From positions 1 through 64,000 of the forward strand of contig MCFE01000126.1 in the NCBI GenBank assembly GCA_002104905.1: a stretch of DNA of 64,000 nucleotides, in the 5' to 3' direction. Below the pieces are notes generated by a model. It was given only the letters and a program-made list of their open reading frames with translations, was not told the DNA's origin and ran no database searches. Both the position numbers and the translations under genes were made by a program. This stretch comes from Basidiobolus meristosporus CBS 931.73. Lineage: Eukaryota; Fungi; Basidiobolomycota. Shown one piece after another: positions 1-12,300 of this stretch (position 1 is its first letter; every line of letters starts with the position of its first letter).

Positions 1-442
1 CACTGACTCCAATAATAGGCAAGCATTTTACTCCTAGTCCTATCCATTACACCGGGCATGATTAGTTCGGTTCCAGCACTCCAACAGTTACGCTTCCATA
101 ATTACCTGCTTCGAATTATATAGGTAGAAGCCCAGGTCCCACAGATGTGCTTGAGAGCGCCCGGTATATGTGCGCAGTCATTTAGCCCATTCATTTATCA
201 CTTTCCTGTACCTGGAGTGAATCGTAGCAGGATTTCTAATGTTTATTAATAACTGACTCAATCATTTTTATCACCCACCCCATAGCGGGAAATGCCTCAT
301 AATACTACAGGCATATTGTTGAGCCATGCTGTGCTCGTTACTACATCGAGAAGTTCCGAGAGTGCCCTGATATATGTTGCACACTTGGCTATAAATATGC
401 GCGATTCTCATCATTGCTGAGCACCACCAACTCAACTTCGTA

Positions 443-928
443 ATGAAAGCTGCTATTTCCACCCTTCTCGGTTTCATCGGCGCAACCATGGCCTTTGAAT
501 GTAACCCTCGCCATCAGCCCACTGCTCGCTACACTAACGAGCAGGAGCCCAGGAACGTTCTTTCGAGAAGTGGGATTTCGGTGAACCTTGGTTGCAAAGA
601 CCGCAACGCAAACGTCGACCAAACTTGCTTGACCGGGATGGAGGTGTCCACCGTGAATGCCGTGGTCGGTCTTCAGAGCATGTTGGGCAGTGGGTGTCCT
701 GTGGTAGTCACCGGGGCCGCCGAAATCTATCCCCACGGGAAGACTTCCCTCCATGCCTTGGGACAAGCGGTCGACCTCAGAATGAAGGCTTGCCTTACCA
801 ACTACATCCAGAAGAACATGAGAGGTCCTAGCACTACCTCCAGCGGGCAGAAGTACTGGGTCTCCAGTGCAGGAAACTTTTATCTCAACGAGGGGAACCA
901 TTGGCATGTCCAATACTGCCAGAACTGA
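443..928 (+). CDS. Secreted small Cys-containing protein, Hedgehog/DD-peptidase (M15/LAS) fold candidate, putative Zn metallopeptidase
   Basis: 161-aa ATG ORF with hydrophobic signal peptide (MKAAISTLLGFIGATMA). SLHALGQAVD gives H-x6-D and C-terminal EGNHWH gives E-x2-H-x-H, the Zn-ligand pattern of LAS enzymes. TATA-like TATAAATA at ~391 upstream. Confidence 0.7.
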   Translation: MKAAISTLLGFIGATMAFECNPRHQPTARYTNEQEPRNVLSRSGISVNLGCKDRNANVDQTCLTGMEVSTVNAVVGLQSMLGSGCPVVVTGAAEIYPHGKTSLHALGQAVDLRMKACLTNYIQKNMRGPSTTSSGQKYWVSSAGNFYLNEGNHWHVQYCQN

Positions 929-1379
929 GTCGGTTACTGGAGTGAATTTTGGATTTGGAGATGAAACATCCTTTGTAACACAAACAATGGAATGCTAAAT
1001 AAAATAATGATTTCATCAGGACATTTGTGATGCGGCTGATTCTAGGTATAATCAGAATCATGTTACGCGTCTATCTAGCGGCAAGCATGGCATGATGGCA
1101 AGAGTCCAAAAATGCCGACGTGGTCGGATTGTTGGAATGAATGGTCACCTGAGCTAATGGTATTTCTCGTTTGAACATCTGGGTGTTGCGGGATTTTTAA
1201 TCGACTTGAGATTTAGTTCCTGAGCCATCGACCATTCTCTTGAAGTCTAGGGAGTTATCGGCAATTTAGATGCTACTCACTTCCAATACACCCAAATTCT
1301 TTGAATAACTTGGGGAACTTGCATATTTAACTCCACTCTACCTGCTCAGGTTTCTGCTACATATCTTGGCTTTCCTTTC

Positions 1380-2975
1380 CTTCCTACTGTACTAGACTCT
1401 GGAGCACACCTGAAGATGAGAATTATCCTGGCAAGACAGGCACTCCACAAGCTACTGGCTGTTACTCCTCCTACAACTTCAGCTCCCAGCTGCCTCCTTC
1501 TACTCAAGCAGTTTGTCTTCCCTGTCCTGGAATTTGGCTTACCACTTCTCTCTCTTACTTCTAGAGACTGCACTAAGCTTGACAAGTTTGCAGTATGGTG
1601 CATTACCTCCTTGGTGTCTTGTTTGCCTGAATGCCCCTACAGACATGCTATTCTTGGTGCTTTTGGGTTTATGCCCTATAAGATCAGACTTCTCTACCTT
1701 AGAACCAGATTATATCTCAGACCTCACCACTGCAACAACCCACTGATTAAGGCCTGGAAGAGAACACACCACACTACACCTGGCTCCTGCTGGAGAACTA
1801 TACTTGGAGATCCTGAAGTCAAGAAGTTTGCTCATTATATTCTGCAGTCAGAAAAACCCAAGCTGGCCTACTTGAAGTATTTGACAGACCTTTGGCACCA
1901 ATATCTGAAGCAGCACACTCCCTTTATGATGTATATCAATCCTTATCACATTCCCCTCATTAATGTTGTTCACAAGTCATTCTTACCTCTCTTGCTACCC
2001 CCCTTCCCACTGAACAGTGTCTTGAGCACTGAAGAACTATCATCACTACATATTGACTTACCTACTAATTCCCCTCAGCTACACACTCTTGTATCAAAGC
2101 TACAACAGTAGCGCTGGCTTCTTTGTTTCAACTGAAATAAAGATTTCACCTGTTGGTGACTGTCTCCCCCCTAAACTACACCTGGCTCCTGCTGGAGAAC
2201 TATACTTGGAGATCCTGAAGTCAAGAAGTTTGCGCACTATATTCTGCAGTCAGAAAAACCCAAGCTGGCCTACCTGAAGTACTTGACAGACCTTTGGCAG
2301 CAATATCTGAAGCTGCACACTCCCTTTATGATGAATATCAATCCTTATCATATTCCCCTCATCAACATTGTTCACAAATCATTCTTACCCCTCTTGCTAC
2401 CCCCCTTCCCCCTGAACAGTGTCTTGAGCACTGAAGAACTATCATTACTTCTTGTAAACTTACCTGCAAATTCCCCTCAGCTACACACTCTTGTATTAAA
2501 GCTGCAACAGTAGTACTGGCTTCTTTGTTTCAACTGAAATAAAGATTTCACCTTTTGGTAACTGTCTCCCCCCTACCCCTTCACCTGCTGTTACCCACTT
2601 CCTTAAAGATTATTATATCTCTCAAGCTTATCTACTTCACTCCCCCATGAACCTGAACTCCAGTGTACTCTGGATACTGCCTTAACTTTAGCTTGGATTT
2701 ATTCATATTCAATTTAGTGTTTACTTTGGGAATCTTCAATTCCCAGCTGGCTTCTTTATTTGTAGTTAGATTTGTCTGAAATCAAATAAAGATTTCACCT
2801 ACCTTGAGTGACTTTCCCTCCCCAAAGATTTTCAATTCTCAGGCCTGGCTTTCCAGGAAACCTCTCTCAGACCTAGCTTCCTAGGAATTACTTCAGATCA
2901 ACATGGCTTCTTTAAATACTTGTCATAAGTAAATAAAGATTTCACCACTGGGTGACTTTCCTCCTCCTAACCCTA
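1380..2975 (+). mobile_element. Non-LTR (LINE-like) retrotransposon 3' remnants in head-to-tail array
   Basis: ORF 1416-2111 contains LLKQFVFPVLEFG, resembling the post-RT YKxFIRPVLEYG region of LINE ORF2. Four copies of a 3'-end motif AAATAAAGATTTCACC at ~2135, ~2537, ~2784, ~2931. Confidence 0.6.
1785..2575 (+). repeat. Tandem direct duplication of ~395 bp (1785-2172 and 2175-2575)
   Basis: ACTACACCTGGCTCCTGCTGGAGAACTATACTTGGAGATCCTGAAGTCAAGAAGTTTGC recurs. Both copies encode the same peptide end (HKSFLPLLLPPFPLNSVLSTEEL...KLQQ*). Confidence 0.9.
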
Positions 2976-3434
2976 AACCCTGATGCAAGACTAGCATCAT
3001 GAAAAATTAAAGCACTTTGTACTATTCAGCTAAGTTCTTATGATTCCTGCATGATACATGTGCACATGGAACACAAGTAGTAGTGGCAATGATGTCAAAT
3101 AATGTTTGTATTATAGCAAAAATGTATTGAACTTTTGAATACACTTTAAATCTAGTGAAAAGCAATTGGTTTACATAAAATTGGCATTGGTCATGAGTTT
3201 CTTATCATATTAGGGCCATGAAACTTATGGCACCCAGAGCTTATTAAAACATAGGATTGTGGCCAGATTGGGATGATTCCTATTAGTTATTAGATGTAGC
3301 ATTAAAAGTAACAATTTATTAATCAAATGATCATCAAGACTTATACAGAGCATACCAAAGTCTAGGGAGACCAATATTGGCCCAAAAATGTCCACTCTAT
3401 GACCAGACAATGTGCCAACTGTAGGGTAAAAATA

Positions 3435-3666
3435 CTTATGGTTAGGGTGATTAGGGTAAGGAAGATGAAATGCAACCCTAAGGGACCAGATTAAAAAATA
3501 AGAGAAAAGTAATTCAAAGGAATTTTAAAGAGTATGAGAGCAGTATGAGGGATTGCATTCCCCAAATGCCCTGCTTTTTATTCTCTAGGGGACTGCATCC
3601 CCCATGCCCTCTGCTCTTCTAACCTTTTCCTAGCCCTCACTATTGGACCTTCACCCTAACCCTAAG
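3435..3666. repeat. 232-bp element bounded by 16-bp imperfect inverted repeats made of TTAGGG units (MITE-like)
   Basis: CTTATGGTTAGGGTGA (3435-3450) versus TCACCCTAACCCTAAG (3651-3666), 15/16 complementary. Internal short direct repeats. No clear TSD. Confidence 0.45.
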
Positions 3667-6184
3667 CTGTAGTCAAGCCTAGAGCCAACTTCACACTTAC
3701 CACAGTATAGAAGGTACCATAACACATACTATGAGATAGTTCCCTCCATATCCCTGATGATATCTGTAGTCTCTATTTTGACCATAATGCCTTTGTCCCA
3801 AGAAACTTCCCTCTCCTGTCTGTCTCCCCAATAGCTTGGCCTTTCATTGGCAGATATAGTAAGTTGTCTGTATGTATTACAAGTCTATTTTGTGGTGAAA
3901 AATAAAGGGATGCTTCTAAATTGGGATCAGTTACAGAATGCACTTGTTGTCACAATCATTGGTGTTGAAAAATTCCATTATGTGGGGAACTGGGAAAGGG
4001 GGAAATACTTGCTGACTTTGAGTACAATGGTGGTTGGTCAAGCCACCACTGTGCCCAAAGAAGCCAAACAAAAAAACCGGGATAAAAAAAAGAAAAAGCA
4101 AAAACTTGCATCATGTGCTTACAATAGTAGTTGACCAGGTTCCTACTGCTCACAGAGAAGCCAAATATGTACATGATGAGGCAAAAGTAAAGTTAAGGAA
4201 AGGAAAGGTTGAGAGCCTGTGTATGCATCAAGTATTGATCAAATCCTCAACACACCAATGGAGCCTAACCATACATTCCAAGAAGAGAATGAAAGTGGCC
4301 TAGAGACTGCTATGAAGGTTATTGAAATCCTCACAAAACTATAACAAGGCCAAACTTGTAAATAGGGGGGTGTAATTCAAAAGCAACTTGAATATACAAA
4401 TGACTGATCAAGCTGTGAACTTACATTTACATGATAAAATAAATCAATATCCTTAAGGCACACTGCTGTATGCTCATACCATTAGCATAGTAGAAAGGCT
4501 AAAGATGTACATGCCACTTTTACCAGCAAGGAGCAAGGCCTTGATCCACAACAGCTAGTAATGCAGTCTAGTATATGCAAGCTCTGATAAATCTGCTAAA
4601 GTTTGGCAAAGCTACTATCCAGCCAGATTAAGTGTTAGGCAGGTGTAGATAAATGCATGTAAATATATCAGCAGTGTTATGTGCAGTCATGTGGGGTATA
4701 ATTAGAATGGGTTGGTGTGTATGTAGCCTGAATTTAGAATAGGTTATCAGTAAAGTTAATTGATATAATGCTTTGATAACTTCTGAGATGATTTCATGGA
4801 AATTAGCAATTTTGGAGGCTATTACTTGTGCAAACTATTGATGTTGAAGGCATGTATCTTTCAATCATGTGCACTGATAACTGTTGCATTGATCTAGATG
4901 AAATCACTATTCCAATGGGTTTGGATGTGGCTCAAACAAGGTTTTATACTAAGCAAGCTTGATGACAGGCTTTGTCTTAGTGAGCTTGCTTCTAGTAGAT
5001 AAAATCAGAACCAAGCAATCCTGAAGAAACAATTGAACTAATGATTTTCATCACCTAGCATATAATCCACATAGTAAATCAGTATATTACTATGATCAAA
5101 GCTCCTGCTTCTTTTGCTTCCTGGGTTATCCAAGTGTCTCTACAGGCCTCTTTGTGTTTTGTGCACTACCCTGAGAGGCTACTTGATTGCAAGCTTAAGC
5201 TGTAACTGTGGAAGGTGGGTGCATTAATTTACTGCTATTCAATATGGGAGGAGTATTACTGATAAATGGGATAATTTGCTGAAAAGAGACTGACATTCCT
5301 TAAATACTTTTCTGATTGTATGTGCTTACTAATCACAGAGTACTAGAAGATTCCAGGCAGCAGTAGAAATTTTGATGACTAGGCAATGAGCTAAAACACT
5401 ATTGGATGGTTCTGAAAGATACAGGACATCCAGTATACTAGGGATCAGTACTCTGAAACCTGTGCACTATAGAGATAATATATATTATACTGAAATGGTA
5501 GGGATGATATCTCAGTCATAGGTTATATTTGATGAATAGAGATGCAGGAACTTGCCCAATATAAATACATCTTCAGATGATAAAGCTGAGTAACACTTAG
5601 CATAGCTAAGGCTAATGACTAACTTGAATGAATAATATATATGCATAATACTAATGACATGGTCAAAGAAGATTGGGAAAATACTTGTAATATAAATTAT
5701 GGATAAGTATGCTATGACAGCTATAAGGATAAACCTGCCAGTAGTAGGTATGCTTATTCCATCACAACAGCCAGCTCCAAATTCTTGAGAGCTGCATCCA
5801 CCATTTGAATCTGGTCCCTTGGAATCTTGCCAACATTACTCATTGGCCTGCTTTGAATAGTATTGCCTCTGGACTCTTCCTTCAGGGGATTGTACACATC
5901 TTTGCTGAAGTCAACCAATGGGCCCAGCTCATGCTTAATTCCCCCTATTTATATGAAGTAAGCTAACTGTCAATTCTTGCTTGTTAAAGTATTTCTGTCT
6001 TCCTTCTTATTTTCTGACTTTGGCACTGATGCAAGGTCCCAAAAGTTTCTCTGTCAGGCTATTCAGAAGACTGGAGGTTGTGTTCTAGTACCTTCCTGGC
6101 ATTATGTGCAGCTTGAGCATGGAATTAACAACTTTTCTCATATTGAGGCAAATGCAGCTTAAGGTACTTTGGCATAACTATACC

Positions 6185-6420
6185 TTATATGGTCTTATCA
6201 AAGCAAGCATGTAGAGTATATTTAGAAAGGACCCAAGAACATGTGTGCAAAGCTTCTGGCTGCTTGGATAATGCATCTAATCTCATGTTCTGGGTTCCTG
6301 ATATTGTGGTAAAAATACTCCAAGTAAATCCCAACAAGAAATTTGGTCAGAATTCTCTAAAGTTTGTAGGAGATGGTGTCTGTGACCAAGTTAGGTAAAT
6401 GCTTAGGTGTAACTACAAAA
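6185..6420 (+). repeat. Unclassified dispersed repeat, second copy inverted at ~42790-43025
   Basis: Translations 6189-6398(+) MVLSKQACRVYLERTQEH..GCLDN and 42838-43023(-) MVLARQTHRACLERSQEH..GCLDN align. Both copies lie in CpG-poor tracts. Confidence 0.7.
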
Positions 6421-9270
6421 CTTAGAGCAAAGATATGACCAAGTTTGTTGTGAAATATGAGGTACAATTTGTTTCATTGGTTTTCAGGATGGTGTCCTGG
6501 TAGCATCAATACCTTTTGGCAGTGAGGTTTAAATCTTATGACTGCAATTTGATGGAGTCATCACAATGCTTATTATTGGGAAGGCTAAAGCAGTGGTGCT
6601 GGCTTCTTTACTTCAGTTGAAATTACTGCTCCACCTATTAGTAATTCTTGTCCCCTGATTCTAACACTCTCTTTTTGGCTCCTTCATCTTGAGCTAACAA
6701 TATGAATATATCACAGGTTGTGGATTTCACCCATTGCCTAAAAAGCATATTGACCTGCCTGTAAACATCAAACCAATGTATGCTATCATAGGAACATTTG
6801 GAAGCCATTAGAAATCAGCCACAAAGCTGAACAAACATGATGGTATTTGCTGCCATATTAGGCAGGCCAGACAGCAAAAACTATCAAAAATCCACCATAT
6901 ATTTGTTAAAAGGGCCAAGAATTCCAACTTGTCAGTATTTTTGATGGCCTACGATGAAGGACCAACACATTCTTCTGTAATGGTGTCATCCAAGCAGCCA
7001 GCTGTTCTACCCTACTTTAGTCTGAAATATAATTTAAAGATCCAGAACTACACACAAAATGTCACAGTTTAGATACCACAAAGTTACTCAACATTCTGTT
7101 TCACTTCTATTATAATACAAATCAAATATAAGCCATATTGTTTGCCTGAGATAATATCAGCCCCTTTGCTGGCCTTGTTTCATCTGCAGTTATTTTGCAG
7201 TTATTCCTTTGAGATATCTAAACTAGGTGACATATTACTGATTACATCACAGAATATGCACTTGACCAATGGCTCAGCAAAACACAGCTTAGAAATATGC
7301 AGTTTAGGAGCATAGTAGAAGAGAATTTTTTTATTAGGGCACTGTAGAGGCATGTGAGTAGCATGATGCTACACATGCTCTGTATAGAACTTACTTTATA
7401 CTTATATGGCATTTTGCAGTCACATTAGGTTATACTTGTTGCAGTTCCTGAGATACTTAGTCAGTGATAGTGAATATGTACTGTGCCAACTTAATGTAAC
7501 TAAGAAATGCTTCTTAGCTATTAGTGTTTAATGCTACAATAATAGAAACAGAGTGCCAATACCAAATACGTTCACAATGAAGCCTATAAGCATCAATGGA
7601 TGAAAGGCGATGTGACATAGTTTCTTCCCGTTGGTTGACCCATAGATTTTGCATATTCTACGGTACTTGTAATCTGAAAGCAATAAAAAACTGACAAGAG
7701 ATTGGTGGGGCGAAATAGATGTGAGAAATGGCTGGCGTACTCTATCAAGGTTATAATGCAATTATTGATTAACAAATTTGAATGAGAAATCTAAACCAAA
7801 CTGGTTTTCTGGAATGTTGGTAAGAAATCGAAACAAACAATGGAGCAACAGGTGTGTAACAGTGATTCGGAGTTTAGCCGAGATATATGTCGGTTGTATG
7901 AGCCTACCCCATAATCCCACGTATCAATGCAGTAGGTGAGCAAAAACAGCTGACAAACAAGCTACTGGGAGCTGTATTTCAAGAAATACATGACCAACAA
8001 AAACAATATTAATAGGTAGACAAGAATATGCGTAAATGGTCGGGCAGCAACGTTCAAATCGCCCTGAATCGCAGTGTTCTTTGGAGTTTCCGGATAGTTT
8101 CAAAATATGTGTCCACGACATAGTTCGTGCTTTCTCAAATACATTAACATAGATTTAGGGTTAGGGTTTAGACATCAATATAGATTTATCATTTGCACCG
8201 ATTAGAACGACATCTGTACAACATACTGATTTCTAGAAGGCGCTCGGTTTCTACTAGAATATTCGTCAAGGGCAGGAAATATATGTAGGTTACTAGAGCA
8301 TGCATTCTAGCTTGGATCCCGCTCGGCTTGTGCTGATACTCGCAAACTAAGAAGAGTGACTAGCGAATCAATATTGGAAGTTTTTGGTTACACCGTGCGT
8401 ACTTAAACTGGCCAAGGACCTCTCACTATTACTTTCCCAATTTTCGCATGAAGACCATGATAGGGCGGAACTAATAGACCTGTACATTGATAGGATGGAG
8501 CTTATACACCGTATACATTGTCTTCCAGCAACTATATCCATTGGTATTCCTTGCTGATTGGGCAACCATGTGCGCTCAACGTTGTTCATTTCCTGGGACC
8601 GACTTGAATCCCCAAGCAATGCGGCTAGATATGGGAATCTTAATGGATCCTCTTATACATAGACTCCACTACACTCTGATTATCTCGCAACAATGGTGTC
8701 ATTACCCCCACACAGGCGGCGCTTGATGATATCTAAGGATGGCTAGCACTTGACGGTATCTTGACACAAAGCATTTTATTTACAGCCTGATCATCGGAAG
8801 CGTGGACGCCAGGTAAGCAATACGGGCCAATCCATTCACGAGTTTAGAAACCAATCCGGTTCACTTGTATTCGCTAGATTTCTAACATTGCCACATTACC
8901 TCACATTGTGGCATAAATTGATTCTTACAGCAGCCAAGTATCACGACACTAGCCATACCGAGTTTTTCGGCAGATTGGCTGGGGGGTTTTGAGACTAATA
9001 ACACCATTGCTGATGTGGCCTATCATATAAAGCATCATTACATGTGCAACAGTAGTATCTGAAGTAGGCCTTGCATGCACTTTCTTTGCTAATTTTTGAG
9101 GTGGTAGTATTAATGTCTTGCGCTCGGTGTGGTACTTGTTACACAATCCTATCTGTGCAAGGGCTTGCTACCAAATTATTCAAGTGCCAAAATTAGCAAT
9201 GATCGTAGGGGTTGTGATTGTCAGTGCCAAGTAGGACTAACCATGGGTCCGCAATGGGCTGCACAGGCTC

Positions 9271-9281
9271 CTTTATATAGC
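9271..9281 (+). promoter_or_regulatory. Putative TATA box of the NRPS
   Basis: CCTTTATATAG about 90 nt upstream of ATG 9367. Confidence 0.35.
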
Positions 9282-9366
9282 CAGTGTTATGACACTCCCT
9301 AGTACATCAAATCGATGAGCTGTTAATTCATCTAATAGTAGAATCTTGACCGTCAGAAATAGAAAT

Positions 9367-12300
9367 ATGCCTTCGATTGAACAACAACGTATCGAAACGA
9401 GCACTCTTCATGAAAACTGCACTGGTTGTGAACCAAGCTCCAGCGTTGAACAAAAAGTACAAGATATCCTAAAGAATACACCCGAGTTTGAGATACCTAT
9501 GGGGCTTTATCACACCTTACTGGAAGCATATCCACACAGCTTTGATGAGAAGGAGCAAAGCCCACAGCCGCTTTATTCTATCTGGGCCGCTTTAGATGGC
9601 TTTCTTAGGAAGCAGCTTCCAGCTTCGCATTTACCTCCAAGCCCTTGGATTTTCAGAAATAATGGCGAAGAGGCAAACCTAAAGCTGTTGATGACATTTG
9701 GAGGTCAAGGCATGATTGGGAAACTAGTGACGGAGCTAAAAGAACTGGTCGATCACTACCCAACTATTGTCAATCCAGTCATTCGTCAAATTGAGAGAGC
9801 CTTAGAAAGTTACAAGGATCTGGAGGATGTTAAATGTATATTTCCTAACGGCTTGAATCTAACTAATTACCTCAAGGAGGGCGGAAATCCCTTGGCCATC
9901 CCAGTCTCCATATCTATGGCTCTGGTTGCTCTGACTCAGCTCTTACATGTCGTCATTTTGTGTAGAATATTAGACCTAAGACCCAATCAGCTTTGCCAGA
10001 GATTCTCAGGAATAGGAGGTCACTCCCAGGGCATTGTGGCGGTTGTGGCATTGGTTGCATCTGATGATGAAGATGAATTTATGTCCAACATTGAACGGGC
10101 AGTTTGCTTTCTCTTCTGGGTTGGAGTATATTGCCAACAGAGTTGGGTTGACGACATGCCCAGCGCCGAGCAAATAGAAGATTGTATCCATAATAACGAG
10201 AACCATCCGTCCCCAATGATAGCTGTACGGAATCTAGATATTACCACGTTGTCTGGAACTATTGAGGAGATTAATGCTGATCTGGTTGATCCCAAGATCG
10301 TGATTGCTTTGCAAAACACAGCGATGGATTTTGTCTGTGCTGGACCGGTCAAGAGCCTATACTTGCTAGCCAGGAGATTCAGGGGCTTAAGTAACGCGCA
10401 TAGGAAGGTTTCAGCAAAGTTCTTGGAAGTGAAAGTTCCGTTCCATACGCCATACTTGAATGAAGCGATTCTGCCTGCCATGACAAAAATTCGTTCTCTC
10501 AAACTTGATTTCTCTCCTGACCGCTTATCACTTCCGATTTTGGCAACTGATGATGGCCGGGATCTCAGATCTAGCAAAAACTTAACCTTAAATTTAATCG
10601 AATTAATCTGTTGTCGGCCCCTAAACTGGCCCCAGACCCTTGGATCAGAAACCTACACGCACAATCTGGATTTCGGTCCTTGTAACACACCTGGTATCAC
10701 TCGATATACGAATGAAATTACCGGAGCCAAGGTCATTCTTGCTAACACGACTTGCACTGCATCAAAGAAATTTTGGACCCTGACTCATCTAATTGCTGAT
10801 CAAGCCCCTCAAGAAGTTACTGAAGAACAGGCCAACACCATGTTGGCTTCCACAACAGAACAAGCACTGATTGATGCCTTCAGTCATGTGCTTGCGATAG
10901 CAAAATCCAAAATTGGTGTTAATTCATCTTTTTTCAGTCTGGGTGGTGATTCCATTCTGGCCATCGAATTGGTCACCTGTGTGCAACAGCGCGGCATCCA
11001 AATTACGATCAAAGATATCTTTGACCATCCAGTAATTACCAAACTCGCTGAGGTTGCCAAGATTGCCGATGCTCCCGTTGTGAGTGATCTGATCCAACCG
11101 TTTTGCCTACTGGGACTGAGGTCTGTGTCCGAAAATATGGAATGGATAACGTCTTTTGGGATTGATCCTGCCAACATAGAAGATGCTTATCCAACTTCAT
11201 CCCTTCAAGCAGGGATGTTGTTTGGTGCGCTAAAGAGGAACGGTTGCTACCTCCTTCAAAACGTTTATAATATTGATGTTCTGTGGATATTGTGAAATTC
11301 AAGACTGCATGGGAGATTGTGTGGAAAGCTAACCCCATCTTCCGCACAACATTCATCACATCTAACGATGTGGATGCTTATCCAGCGCTACAGGTGGTTT
11401 TGAGGACTTCCCCTACGATGGCCCATTTTACAGATTGTTCGGATGAGATGCTCGATACTTTGGTCCAGCGGTACTTATATGATGACCTTCATACTGGTAT
11501 CGAGCTGGGTCAGCATATGGTACGCTTTGCTTTGTTTACAGCGAACTCTGGCACCCACCGTTTTGTTTGGACAATGCTGCATACACTATATGATGGGTGG
11601 TCGATGGACCTGATGCGCCAGGATTTGTACGATGCATACGCTGATGCTACCTTGCAACAGAGGACTCCCTTTTCCATGGCAGTGAAATTCTTGACATCGA
11701 AAGACGATTCCTCGGCGATTGAATACTGGAGATCCAAGCTAGCCGGCTCAACACCCTCTGTCATTACTCGCCTGGTCTCCACATCTAAAGAAATAAGCGC
11801 GGTAAAAAGTTACACCACCGAGGTGGCTTTGGAGATCACGAAATTACAAGAATTTACCAGAAACCATGAAATTACCTTATCCACGCTACTGCGCGCAGCC
11901 TGGGGAATAGTATTGAGCAGGCATACTCACTCGGATGATGTTATGTTTGGAATTACAGTTTCTGGAAGAGATGCTGCGATTCAAGGAGTTGAGGGTATCA
12001 TCGGCCCATGCATTAACACTATCCCACTACGTGTTAAAACTGATGGGAGCTCCAGCGTGCATACATATCTGAGAGAGATTCAACAAGAGCAAGTATCTGC
12101 GCTGCCATTTGAGCATTTGGGATTAGGGAAGATTCAAAATCACTGTACTGAATCGCCTCACTCATCATTGTTCCAGACAATGTTACTCTTTCAGAATTTC
12201 CCAACAAAATCCGAGAACTCGACAAACGTTCTAAAAGAGCTGATGCAACTTCAGAGTAGTGAAATGATGGCCGAGTACCCTCTCACAATAATTGTCGAGC

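Larger units (their letters stand above)
1340..7530. mobile_element. Decayed transposon-rich tract, nearly devoid of CpG
   Basis: Only isolated CG dinucleotides seen by eye in ~6 kb (e.g. ~4078, ~6952), versus normal CG content on both sides. AT-rich, no intact genes, contains LINE and repeat fragments. Confidence 0.8.

Noticed and set aside
443-928. A true Hedgehog signalling ligand
   Set aside because: No Hint domain and no N-terminal CGPG; only the shared Zn-site pattern is present.
7351-7377. Hairpin CATGTGAGTAGCATGATGCTACACATG as a Helitron 3' end
   Set aside because: No CTRR terminus at the expected spacing.
7530-9300. Short ORFs upstream of the NRPS
   Set aside because: No motifs or coherent gene structure.
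9367-11065. PKS-NRPS hybrid
   Set aside because: No ketosynthase motifs (DTACSS, HGTGT) upstream of the AT; the ORF starts only ~110 aa before FGGQG.
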